NCBI RefSeq assembly: GCF_004010195.1
Contig: NC_057711.1
Span: 76,703,674 to 76,767,673, forward strand
DNA: 64,000 nucleotides
Origin: Chiloscyllium plagiosum
Lineage: Eukaryota
Direction of reading: 5' to 3'
Position numbers and translations under genes: made by a program. Positions 12,561 through 24,850 of this stretch are shown piece after piece. The notes below the pieces were generated by a model that saw only the letters and a list, made by a program, of their open reading frames with translations, searched no databases and was not told where the DNA came from. Each line of letters starts with the position of its first letter. The stretch's first letter is position 1.

Positions 12561-14384
12561 GCTTATGACGGTCCCAACACAAGTTCCTCTAGGCAGGAAG
12601 TAAAGAATGAGACCTCCCAGGTGGCTTGAAATACAGCAGAGTAGGGGAAGTAAATTTGAACACTCAGATTGTATTGTCTTAAATGGATAAGATCCCTTCA
12701 AGATGGTGATGCTATTCTCCTCATAGGAGTTGAACTTTCAAACAATGACAATAAATATATGAAGTGTTTTTAGTGTTACACACATCCCAAAAGGCTACAT
12801 AGACATAATTTATAAAAGGTTGACAGTGACCCCCATGAGATGATATTAGAAGAGACGGCCAAGGATAGAATTTATGAAAATTTTAGGAAGGTGAGCTAGA
12901 AAGGTAGGTTTCAGGGCTTTAAAGTTAAAACAAAGTAGGGTTTATTGTTACATTAAAATTGGACACATTCTCATGCACATACTTCTAAGAAAGAAAGAGA
13001 AAGGAATGGAGAGAAGTAACAATTTGCAAATTTTTTAAGTTCAATGATACTAGAATTAGTTCAAATGAATGAAAGTGTCCAGTAAGTGACGTCTGGTTGG
13101 TTGTTTCAGTTCACTGTGCACTGAAGTCACTTTTGCAGGAGCTCAGATTTATATGAATTGCTAAGATGAGTGCAGTGCCCATTAACTGGGAATTTTTCAC
13201 TTTGCAGGTGAGACACCAGTTTCTTTTCAGAAATCAGACATTTCAGAGAATTTGACATCGGAGACAAGTGTTTAGCTAAACTTGGAGCTGCTTATTATTC
13301 AGGTGTTGGAAGCTGACTGAAGAACAAAGGTCAAAGCTATATAATTAAAGATGATTCAAACAAACCAACAGATTCAGTCATGTGACTGGGATTCAGGCTA
13401 AGCCACTTAGCCAATCAGGTGGTCATGATATTCTCTTGTCTGAAACGGATGTGGTTTTGTAGTAACTGTAGAGGCTTTTGTACCAGTCATGCCAGAATGG
13501 GTTTTGATGGTTTCCTTTGTTCAAAACTAGCTGAGTGGAGATTGCATTTATTAGTCCTTTGTCTTAATTTGGCTGGAGGTGCTGATTTTGTTTTTATGCT
13601 GGTAATTACTGAATAATTCCAAAAGCAGTCAATTTGACTGTTCTGTGTTAATAACAGCCATCTTAAGATCCAGCCTGATTCTACTGTGTAAAAAAAAGTT
13701 ATGTATATTTTTATTTTACAAAAAAGTTTCAGATTTCTCTCTTTCCACCTTCCTGAAACAACAAAATGTGTTTAGTTAATAGTGCTATTTACTGAACTGA
13801 ATTTCAAAATGAGAAATCTTGTCATATCATCAGTTGGAGGCTCAAATTTATGATCTATAGAGCATGTTATTGTTCTCTAAGGGGATTAGAACAACATTTG
13901 GATTAGGATCCTAACATGATCTTGTCTTGTCCTGATTATCCCCAAAGTAAAATTCTGATACTCACTTCCTAAAATCACTTTTGGTATTTTACACAACATA
14001 GACTGCAGCGGTTCAAGTAATAGCTTATCATCACTTTAATTGGGCTGGGCAATAAGCATTGACCTTGCCAATAATAGCCATGTCCCAGGAAAGAAAAACT
14101 GTGATTAAAGTTGATAGAAGTCCATTCTATCTATTATTTAACTAATTAGAAAGTAGCTGAGGTTGTTAAGATGCCAATCATGGCATGTTCGAACTCTGAA
14201 TTCTAGACTTTCCAGAATCAAACCTGTTTCCTGACCTATCAGTAATTTGACAGGGTCACCAAGGTGCCTGTTGTTGGGGGTGAGGGTGAAAAAAGCCAGT
14301 TTTCAATCAACATAAGAAGCTGGGCATTATCTGTGCAGTACATAATGATCCTAGAACAATGAGGATCTGATCATATCTTTACGT

Positions 14385-14705
14385 AAGTTTTTAATTCAAT
14401 CACGGGATGAGATCATCACTGGCCAGACCAGCATTTATTGCCCTTCCCTAATTGTTATGAGTCACATTTAGGCCAGATTAAGTAAGGGTGGCAGTTTCCT
14501 CCCCTAAAGGATGTTAGTGAACCAAATGGGTTTCTTTTCCTGACAATTGATTCATGGTCATCATTAGACTCTTAATTCCAGATATTTATTGAATTCACAT
14601 TCCACGCATCTGCCATGGCAGGATTTGAGCACAGCTCCTCATGATGTTACCTGGGTCTCTGGATTAACAGTCCAGCAATAATACTACTAGGCCATCGCCT
14701 CCCCC
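14385..14705 (-). mobile_element. tRNA-derived SINE
   Basis: Reverse complement of the 11275-11670 family (ggcctagtagtattatt...taatccagagacccaggtaac...ccatggcagatg...gggcaataaatgctgg). Confidence 0.7.
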
Positions 14706-14869
14706 AGTGAATGGCTAAACCAAATCCATTCAAGTCAATCTGCATTGGATTAAGGAAATGGAGGTGGAGGAGAAGATAAGGAGGGCATGTGGACATCAAT
14801 AAAGGAAGTAATCAGGGTTAACCTCATATTTGATTGAGCTGATAAGAGACAATGCACATTTAGAAAAGG

Positions 14870-15750
14870 CTGGTAACATTTGGCAGAGCCAATATGGAGC
14901 TGAAAGGGAAACCATGTTGAACAAACTTGATGAAGCTTTTGGGCAGGAATGTTAATTGTCTGGGATTAACAAGGATGCTTCAAGAGGATTTGGACAAACT
15001 AAGTGAATAGGCGAGAACATAACAGATGGAACAAAATGTGGTAAAAGATGAAGTCAATCACTTTAATATGAAAGAACAGAAAAATATTTTTTAAATATGG
15101 GAAGTTGGGAAATGCAGGTGTCCAAAGGGAACTGAATGTCCTTGTTCATGAGTCACTAAAAGCTTGCACACAATGCAGCAAGCAATTAGGAAGGCAAGTG
15201 GTATGTCTGCCTTCATCCACAAGGGAATTAATGTACAGGACTGAAAATGACTTACTGCAGTTGAATAGAGACTTGTTGACACCTCACCTAGAATATTGTG
15301 TAAATTTTGGTCCTTTAATCTGAGTAGGAATATACTGGCCATAGGGAGAATGCAAGGGAGGTTCAGCAGATTATTCCCTGAGATGTTAAGATTGTTTTAT
15401 GCAGATAGATTGAGGAGTTTGGATATGTATTAGATTGAGTTTGAAGAAAGTGAGGTGACCTCATTGAAACTTCTGATATTAAAGGATAGATATGGATAAG
15501 ATGTTTCCCCAATTTGTGAATCTAAAATCAGGGGATATAATCTTAGCATAAGGCATAGGAATCAGTTAAAACTGAGATGAGAAGGATTTCTTCACTCAGA
15601 GGATGAAGAGACTTTGGAATACTCTACTCCAGAAGGCTGGAGAAGTTCAATCATTGAACTTGTTAAAGACAGAAGTCAATTAAATTCTGAAGACTACTAT
15701 CATAAAGGGTTGTGGAAATAGTGTGGGAAAGTGGTATTGAAGTAGATCAG
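14870..15750 (+). mobile_element. Old CR1 LINE 3' portion
   Basis: Degenerate RT C-terminus (LQEDLDKL..; PHLEYCV), then FFTQR..RLWN.LLQ. Confidence 0.75.
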
Positions 15751-16545
15751 GTAGACTGGTTAGCAAGGTTAGATCTCATGGAAGACAGGGAGAACTAGCC
15801 AGTTGGATACAGAACTGGCTTATAGGTAGAAGACAGAGGGTGGTGGTGGAGGGTTGCCTTTCAGACGGGAGGCTTGTGACCAATGGTGTGCCGCAGGATC
15901 AGTGCTGGGTCCACTGCTCTTTGTCATTTATATAACATCCAACAACCATTCCTGCCCTTTTGTTATCCAAGTCTCTGTAATAGTTACAACATCATAGTTC
16001 CAAATACTGCTCCACACTCTATATTCATCACCCCTATTCCTGACACTTCTTGCGTTACAATAGACACACTTCAACCCATCACACTGACGACAACTTTGCC
16101 CTATCAACTGTCTATCCCTTTTCACAGAATCTCTGCATGCTGTATCTCCCTGTTCACTAGCTACTCCATCCTCAGATACTTTCCTCCGGTTTCAACCCCC
16201 TGACAAACTAGTTTAAATCCTCCTGAAGAGCTCTAGCAAACCTCCCACTCAAGGGTCAGACAGGGTTCTATAGGGTTACAACATAGCCAGGAAGGAACAG
16301 AAGAATGGATTTAGGAGAGCTAGAAGGGGGCATGAAAAAGCTTTAATGGGTAGGATTAAGGAAAACCCTCAGGCATTCTACACTTATGTGAGGAACAAGC
16401 AGATGGGCAGAGTGAGGGTAGGACCGATCAGGGAGAGTGGAGGGAACCTAACCCTGGTGTCAAAGGAGGTAGGGGGAATCCTTAATGAGTACTTTGCTTC
16501 AGTATTCACTACTGAGAGGACCCTGACATTTGTAACCACCAAAAG
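15750..16545. mobile_element. Rearranged CR1 mosaic (+ / - / + fragments)
   Basis: 15750-15935 is a + strand RT piece matching 9385-9560; 15935-16252 is a minus-strand ORF1/EN junction (CVYCNARSVRNRGDE); 16253-16545 is a + strand tether piece matching ~38630-38900. Confidence 0.75.
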
Positions 16546-16689
16546 GCAGATTTTCTAGGCAAGGGCAACCTTTGACCCTTTAAGGATGTGTCCCTTGCAC
16601 TGCTAGTAATAAGGGTGCTATATGTGTAACAAGAATACTATTATCTGCTTGATCATTTTCATGACAATATAAGGCATTGATAAAACAAC

Positions 16690-18690
16690 GAAAGGTGGTT
16701 GGCCCAGGAAACTATTCTGAGGAACTCCAGCAATGACTGAGATGATTTATATCCAACAAGCACAATGAGTTTGGATTGTAGTTGGTATAGCTCCAACTAG
16801 TGGAATGGCTTCCCCTGAATTTCTATTGACTCCAGTTTTGCTAGGATTCCTTGATGCCACACTCAGTTAAATAATGTTTTTGTGCTAAGGACAGTGACCC
16901 TCTTGAGTTCAGCTCATTTATTCATGTTTGGGCCAAGATTGTATTGATGTCATGGCCGAGTAGGTCTGGTGGAGTCCAAGTTGAACATCAGTAAGTATCT
17001 TCTGGTTGAGTATTATGTCTCTTTGGAGCAGTAATTGGCCAGGTTGATTTATCATGCTTTTTGTGGACAAGTATACTTGGGCAATTTTCCATATTACGGG
17101 GTGAATGCCAGGGTTATACTAGCACAGCTTGCCTAGTTTGGAAGTATATCTTCAGTTCTATTGCCGGAATGTTATAAGGGCCCATAAACTTCAGAATCAT
17201 GGTACCTTGAACCTTTTCTTGATATCATGTGGAATGTATCAAATGGGCTGAAGGCTGGCATCTGTGATATCACTGACCTCATAAGGCAACCAAGATGGAT
17301 GGTCCATTTGGGGCTTTTGGATTCAGGCTAATCATTCAGCCTTGACTTTTGCAGTAAGCTACTGGCTTTCTCCTTCAGTGAGGATGGGAATATTAATTGA
17401 GGCTCTTCCTACAGTGAGTTATGTAACTTTCCATCACTATTGATGACTGCATGTGGCAGTACTGCCAAGCTTAGATCTGATCCATTTGTTGTGGTGTTGC
17501 TGAGCTCTGTGTATTGCATGCTGCTTATACTGTTTGGCATGCAATTAGTCCTGTACTGTAGCATAACCATATTGACACCTCATTTTTGGAATCCCTGATA
17601 TTGTTTCTGCTGCACCCTTCATTGTATGAGGATTGATCCCCTTGGTGATAATTGCAGGTTATAGATTTTGTTGATTATAATTCTGCTGCTGATGACCTAC
17701 AGCACCTCACGGATGCCTTGTCTTCAGTTGCTTGATCTGTTTGAACTCTACCATTTCAACATGGTGGTAGTGTCTACAACATGACGGTGGCTATCTTCAA
17801 AGTGAAGGCAGAACTTTATCTCCACAAGGACTGCATAGTGGTCACTCCTGCCAAAACAATCAAGGACAGATGCATTTTCTATAAATAGATTGGTAAGGAT
17901 GAGGTTAAGTGTATTTTCCTCTTGTTGTTGGTTCCTTTACCACAGGCTGCAGGCCCAAATTGACAGTTTTATCCTTCAGAACTTGGTCAGTATTGGTGCT
18001 ACCTGTAGTGATTTTAATGAAGTAGCCAAGTGGCCTTCATAGAATATAAGTTCCCTGATTGGGGCTGTTAACCTTGGTCCAATCAGGGAGCCCTGGCTCA
18101 CAGATAGGAACAAGAGTGTCTGAGGTTCTGTTCGCTCTGAGAGCTGGCTGTGAGGGAGCTGGATCAGTGTCAAGGACTCTCTGCACGTAAATAAAGGGCA
18201 ACTTGGTAATGGGATACTGGCCTCTATGGAGTAATTTCACTACCAAGTAATTGTTGGTGATGGACCCCCACCCAGAGTATGTTTTGTGCTCTTGCTGCCC
18301 TTAGTATATCCTGCAAAGTTGTGTTCAATGTGGAGGCGCACTGACTCATCAGCTGAGAGCATGTAGTTACAAGTAATCAGCAATAGGTTTCCTTGTCCAT
18401 GTTTGACCTAATGCCATGAAACCTTATGCCATCTGCAGTCAATGTTAAGGATTCCGAGGGCAGCTCTCTCCTTACTGTTTATCTCTGTGCCTCCACCTCT
18501 GGTGTGTCTATCCTGTTTGTGGGAGAGGATTTTTCCAGGAATTGTGATTGTAATGTCTAAGATATTATTCCATGAGTATGCCCATGCCAGACTGCTACTT
18601 GATGAATCTATGAGACAGCTCTCCCACTTTGGCGTAAGATACTAATCTGGAGAATGTTGGAGGGTCAACAGGGCAATGTCTGCTGCTGTC
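16690..18690 (-). mobile_element. Old CR1-clade LINE (second family), EN + RT relic
   Basis: The minus strand carries degenerate NILWVG..VHHQ (endonuclease), GP.NIP and WKIAQVYLVHKK (RT) motifs; interrupted by a solo LTR. Confidence 0.65.
18004..18239 (+). mobile_element. Solo LTR (236 bp) with 5-bp TSD
   Basis: Starts TGTAG and ends TTTCA, AATAAA at ~18190, flanked on both sides by CTACC (17999-18003 and 18240-18244). Confidence 0.85.
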
Positions 18691-18699
18691 ATTGCTGAT

Positions 18700-18855
18700 A
18701 AAGTTAAAAATCATTCAACACCAGGTTATAGTCCAATAGGTTTATTTGGAAGTACTAGATTTCAGAGCGCTGCTTCCAAATAAACCCTTTGGACTATAAC
18801 CCAGTGCTGTGTGATTTTTAATTTTATCCACCCCAGTCTAACACTGGCACCTCCT
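18700..18855. mobile_element. Penelope-like terminal-repeat hairpin (another family)
   Basis: Inverted arms ccaggttatagtccaataggtttatttggaag / cttccaaataaaccctttggactataacccag. The minus strand retains gcgctctGAAAtcta, probably the 3' half of a hammerhead. Confidence 0.65.
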
Positions 18856-18929
18856 TGTCATTTCTGATGTTGATGCTGGATGGTCTGTCCAGTTTCATTT
18901 CTTTTATTGGACTTTATCATGTTTAGGTA

Positions 18930-19210
18930 TAACCGAGAGGTTTGCTAGGCTATTTCAGAGGGGATGTGGAATCACATATAGGCCAAGCCAGGTGAAATTT
19001 GTTTCCCTGAAGGTCTTTAGTGAACAAGACCAGCTTTTAACAATTGATCACTGGCATTATCATTGTTAGACTATGTCAATAATTCTAGATTTCTTGATTG
19101 AATTTAAAATTCACTATTACACTGGGATTTGAAACAACGTTCCTGGATCATTAGCCTAGGTCTCTGGATTACTACTACAATAACAATACTGCTATGTCAC
19201 TGCCTTCTCT
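18930..19210 (-). mobile_element. tRNA-derived SINE (old)
   Basis: Similar to 14385-14705 (ggtctctggattact; cctgaagg..tagtgaac; gaatttaaaattc). Confidence 0.55.
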
Positions 19211-19936
19211 GTGTTAAACTGTACAACATACTTAAAATTCACACAATAATGCCTTTATTTCTTTGGTGCCAGCAGTATTGTTCAGTCAGTCATAAATCTA
19301 TTTAACATTCAGGTTTCAAAGTGAACACAGTTTGTAAGGTGCAGAAGTGTTTCTGCCAAAAGGCAAATGACATTTAAAACCCAAGTCCCAAGGCAGTCAT
19401 TTGTTATGAATAATGGATTACTTTTCCACATAAACAAAGCAAGCTCCTATTTGTTATTCTGTCGAATGTGACCCATTTTTTAAACGTGGGTAAATGTCTT
19501 GATATTTGCACATGTTCAAATTGTAATGTGAAAATAGGGATGTCAGTGAAATACAGAGAAGTAAATGAATTAAAATCAAAGTGAATATATGGAGAGATGC
19601 TAAATGTTTTTGCAAAATTGCAAAGTCAATATCTGCTCAAACGCTTAAGCCCTGATTATCTGGTAAGAAGGCAAGTCATTGAAATAGCAATCACAAAGTT
19701 GGATGCATTTCCAATACTTCCTTCCCAAGTTCATCTTAGTTATTCTTGATCTGGACTAGCACATGTCACGAATAGGCAGGGACTTCATGAATATATTAAC
19801 GAGGATCTTACTGAAAAGAGCAACATATTGCCAAACTTTTTGGCATGCATTTATGGGGAAAAATGCAACAATGCCAGACTTCAAACATAAACCATACATC
19901 CCATTGAATGGCTATGTTATACTCCCTTAGATGTTA

Positions 19937-21125
19937 GAGCATAGAGTCATAGAGAAGTACAGCATGGAAACAGACCCTTCGGTCTAACCTGTCCTTGTAG
20001 ACCAGTTATCCCAACCCAATCTAGTCCCACCTGCCAGCACCCGGCCCAATCCCTCCAAACCCTTCCTATTCATATACCCATCCAAATATCTTTTAAATGT
20101 TGCAATTGTACCAGCCTCCACCACTTCCTCTGCAGCTCATTCCATACATGTACCATCCTCTGTGTGAAAATGTTTCCCCTTAGCTTTTATATCTTTCCCC
20201 TCTCATCCTAAACCTATGCCCTCTAGTTCTGGACTCCCACACCCCAGGGAAAAGATTTTGTCTATTTATCCTATCCATGCCCCTCATAATTTTGTAAACC
20301 TCTATAAGGTCACCCCTCAGCCTCTGACGCTCCAGGGAAAACAGCCCCAGTTGTTCAGCCTCTCCCTATAGCTCAAATCCTCCAACCCTGGCAACATCCT
20401 TGTAAATCTTTTCTAAACCCTTTCAGGTTTCACAAGATCTTTCCAATAGGAAGGAGACCAGAATTGCAAGCAATATTCCAACAGTGGCCTAAACAATGTC
20501 CTGTACAGCCGCAACATGACCTCCCAACTCCTGTACTCAATACTCTGACCAATAAAGGAAAGCATACCAAACGCCTTCTTCATTATCCTATCTACCTGTG
20601 ACTCCACTTTCAAGGAACTGTGAACCTGCACTCCAAGGTCTTTTTGTTCAACAACACTCCCTAGGACCTTACCATTAAGTGTATAAGTCCTGCTAAGATT
20701 TGCTTTCTCAAAATGCAGCACCTTGCATTTATCTGAATTAAACTCCATCTGCCACTTCTCAGCCCATTGGCCCATCTGGTCAAGATCCTGTTGTAATCCG
20801 AAGTAACCTTCTTTGCTGTCCACTACACCTCCAATTTTGGTGTCATCTGCAAACGTACTAACTGTACCTCTTATGCTCGCATCCAAATCATTTGTGTAAA
20901 TGTCAAAAGGTAAGGGGCCCAGCACCGATCCTTGTGGCACTCCACTGGTCACAGGCCTCCAATCTGAAAAACAACCCTCCACCACCACCCTCTGTCTTAA
21001 CCTTTGAGCCAGTTCTGTATCCAAATGGCTAGTTCTCTCTGTATTCCATGAGATCTAACCTTGCTAATCAGTCTCCCATAAGGAACCTTGTCGAACGCCT
21101 TACTGACGTCCATATAGATCACATC
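19937..21125 (-). mobile_element. CR1 LINE, 5'-truncated (RT + 3' end)
   Basis: ORF 20413-21024 contains VTSGVPQGSVLGP, FADDTKIGG and RPLLEYC; (catagagt)n tail at ~19937-19955. Confidence 0.95.
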
Positions 21126-21316
21126 AATATATTCATCATAGGTAGAGTTCAAACCATACTCAACCAATCTTTCTTAGTAAAACCCAAAGCAAAACACTGA
21201 CTATTCATGGTGTTTCTGTGATTGGACAGCGTTTGCTTTTGTGTTAATATATAGATATTTAAGAAAATCAGTCAAGTTCATAAAGTAACTCATTTATACT
21301 TGCAACAAATAATATA

Positions 21317-21570
21317 CAGTAAACCTTAATTTAACTGGCACATTATGAACTGACACTCTTGGCAAAAATTATATATCTCAAATGCCAAAAGTTTATTGTA
21401 TTATCACAATCTCTGCAATGTTCAAACAGTGATGTGTATATCCTCTGCATTACATTTCTATTACTTAGTATGTGTTTTTACATTAATTATAGACGTCTTA
21501 ATCAATTGGAATATTTGATCAACTGGCATACTCCTATTCCCATAGGTGCCAGTTAATAAAACATGTTCTA
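21317..21570. mobile_element. Tigger/pogo-like MITE
   Basis: TA|cagtaaacc..ttaactggcac ... gtgccagttaa..|TA degenerate TIRs. Confidence 0.6.
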
Positions 21571-21654
21571 TACATGGGAACCCATTCTCCACAAGCAGTA
21601 GGATTATGTTCAAGGCTTGAGATGTTTTTGAATTCCCCAGGGGCTAGGAGAACT

Positions 21655-21830
21655 TAAACTTCTGCATTGCTTTTTCCATGGCAATGCCTCTGCCAATCAG
21701 AGTCAATTTGCTAACTAATCAGCATCCTTTTTTTGTGTTAAAGTTGTGTTTATTGTAAATTTGGCATTCTTGCGTTGGTCATGATCAGTGTCAGGTGAAA
21801 GCTTTGGCAATATATATGTCTCTTTTCAAT
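21655..21830 (+). mobile_element. Penelope-like terminal repeat (AAGCTT hammerhead family), decayed
   Basis: ttcttgcgttggtcATGATCAgtgtcaggtGAAAgcttt..tgtctcttttc; homologous to 49043-49182 and 56890-56995. Confidence 0.5.
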
Positions 21831-22679
21831 TCAAGTTCTGGAGTACAGTTTAAAGTACAGTTTAAAATATATCCTATGATACAATTAGAACATCAATTTT
21901 ATATTAAAACGGCAAAATCCTCTGAGAATGATTTTTCTATGTCAATCAAATTAGACTTAAAGGGATACTTTTGTGAGTCAATGGATCATCTAGTTTACTA
22001 GAAAGTTTCCAGATTGCTTCTTTCACATGTTTTATTAGCTATGATCTCAGTTATATTCTTGTGCAGAACATGGAAGTAATTATTACTTACTCAATTTCAA
22101 TGAAGAAAAATGTAATGGAAAGAGCAGCAGCAGAATCATCAGCAATTATTTGCATTAATTAGAGCCTTTAGCACAATAAAATCTCTGAACATTTCTCACA
22201 TGATCAGTAATCTAAAAAAAATTGATGCTAACTGGGAGTCAAATGAGACAGTCATTATATCCCTCTGCACTGCATACACCTGAGCAGCACAGATATTATC
22301 TGTGGGAGGTTTAATGAGTAGTTGTTTGTCATAGGATATTAGCAGACTTATTTTCCATTCTTCTTTTAAGTATGTTTAAACCATTGACCAAAATTCGATA
22401 CCAATGACAGACTGACAATGCTATAAATCATTCTGCTGATTAAAGTTTGGAATGTGGTAAAGGTGATTTAATTTAATCATTAAAAATAATATGCAGACAC
22501 CTGATAAGATAATTTGTCTGACACATCTTTTCTGATATTCGTGGTTATGCCAGGGTTCTAATCTCCTCTGATCTACTTGGATGAGGCCTCAGATGCTGGA
22601 TACTTTTCCCCAAGCTTATCTTCCTTTGCTTGGTATTTTGTTTTGAGGAAAGTGTAGGAGAATTGTTGAGAAGCTCTAA

Positions 22680-23150
22680 AAAGGTAAATGGAGATATCTA
22701 TGGCTTACTCATGCAAATGTTGAAAGGAAGAAGTAAAAAAGATGGAATCACACTAGGGGGATGTAAGTGGAAAGGCAAACATGTTGAATATGTAAGATTC
22801 TGAACAGTCTTGACTGGAGAATTGTAGAGAGGATATTTCCTCATGTGGGAGAACCTAGAACTAGGGGTCACTGTTTAAATATCAGAACACCCATTTAAAC
22901 AACAGAAATTAGGAGATTTTCTTCTCTCCGTGAGTTTTTAGAACTCTTTTCCTGAAAAGGTTATGGAAGCAGAGTCCTTGAATATTTTTAATGCACTGAC
23001 AGATAGATTCTTCATGAGGAAGGGGCTGCAAGTGTATCAGAGAATGCAGATTTAAGGTTACAATCAGATCAGTCATGAGCTTATTAAGTGATGAAACAGG
23101 CTCAAAGGTTGAATGAGTTACTCCTGTTCCTAATCTTTGTGTTCATACGT
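22680..23150 (+). mobile_element. Old CR1 3' fragment
   Basis: ctagaactaggggtcactgtttaaa...ggaagcagagtccttgaatattttta...ttactcctgttcctaa, a typical CR1 3' end. Confidence 0.65.
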
Positions 23151-24599
23151 AAAGAGGAAGGAGTAATAGAAAGAGTTGTTATTCGTATTAGGGTATAAAA
23201 AGAAAATGGCGCTAGTGTGCATTGCAAGGAGTGTAAAATGCATATATATTAAATGTGCTCGAATTAGAAAGTATGCTGTGCAGTATGCCCTTGATCTCAG
23301 ATGCTGAAAAATATCGTGTCTGGGACAAATTATTGAGACTAGTGAGAGAAAGGTGGAAGGTGTGAGGGAGATGGAAATGTGAACAATTATATTCAGTCAC
23401 TGTTCTCATGAGACCATTGTAACACTTTCTAAATTGAAAGTAATCTCAGTGTGACATTGATGGCACTGATGCTTTATGATACCTGTGCCAAGCATGTTTA
23501 ATAATGGCTTTGGGGTGTTTTGAGGCTACAAACAAACAATATGCAAGCACTTTGGTTTGACTTCCTTTAATGTGGAGGCAAGAGGAATACAAAGAGAGAA
23601 TGGGAGAGCATGAGGGAAATCTCTTGGCAAAATATGTAAGGACTGTCTGATTCTTGGTACAGTTAGGCCAACTATTCGGACAAATGGGAATTAGCCATGG
23701 GAATTTAAACTGACTAATCCAAAGCTCATTAAGTTTCAAGCTTTATTTCCTTTAGTTAGATTTAAGAAGCTCAGTTTTTTAAAGGTTAAATTAAGCAAAT
23801 AATACAATAAGGTGATACAGACTTGGAATGACTGTCACCTAGTATACAAATTTTGGATGCAGTTCAGCTTTCAGTGACTCATGAATCAACAGTTTATGAA
23901 TTGAAGGATCTAGACTGAGTTAATCCCATCTGCCAAAGACAGTATTAGTTAACCCCAAAAGTCAGAGATCTTCTATTTTAGTTGTTAACTAAATGTGGGC
24001 ATCTCATATTGCCAAGTTTTAATTGCCTTTGACAAAGTGATGTCTAGCTGCCTGTTGGAATTGTGGCAGTCCTTCTGGCACAGTTGTAGTATTGGTACTT
24101 CAGAATTTAGTATAAAAAAGCAAGTAGCTAATTTACAAAGATTAGTGAATGTAAGTCTCGGTTAAAAAAAGCAAAAGGTTAAACAACTTTGGGATGAGAG
24201 TGATGCGGTCACTAGGTTTAGGAAGATTGCGAAATTGCCCTTAGTACAAGTTTTTTACAACACAGAAAATCTCACTTGACTATGGGACATTTCTTGTTAC
24301 ATTGTAACCATGGATGAAAAGTTTCTTGAATTGAATTTACCATATTGCACAAACATTCTGCTGCTAGCAAATAAAGAATATGTTCCCATATGTTTATAGT
24401 GTTGCAAAGAAATAGTAATTAGGGGATGTTCCCTCCATTCCTGTCCATTTTTGACAGAACTTTTGTGTGAATGTTATATCTCTTGTTATAGATAGAGTGT
24501 GAGTTTCAAAGTGAATCTTTCTCCATATATTTACCAACCATCCGTAAGCTGACTATGATTTAACTTTTACCCTTTTTTTAAACAGTGGTAGCTTATTTT

Positions 24600-24850
24600 C
24601 CTGAGACATTGTCTCAGGATATGGGGGAGACCATTTAGAACTGATAAAAGGAAAAGTTTCTTCTCTCAGAGGGTATTGAACCAGTGGAATTCTCTACCAC
24701 AGAAAGAGACAAGCAAAACTCTAGTTTTTAAAAGTAAAAGAGGTATGGGAGAAATTGTAATATGGCACTGAGATAGAGAATCAGCCACACTCCTATTGAA
24801 TGGTGGGGCAGGCTCAAAGGGCTGAATGGCGTATTCCTCCCTAACACAAA
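24600..24850 (+). mobile_element. Old CR1 3' fragment
   Basis: FFSQRVLNQWNSLPQ-encoding segment and aagggctgaatggc 3'UTR. Confidence 0.65.

Noticed and set aside
12930-13900. Possible long LTR/ERV-like segment
   Set aside because: Could not identify TG..CA ends with a TSD, a PBS or coding motifs.
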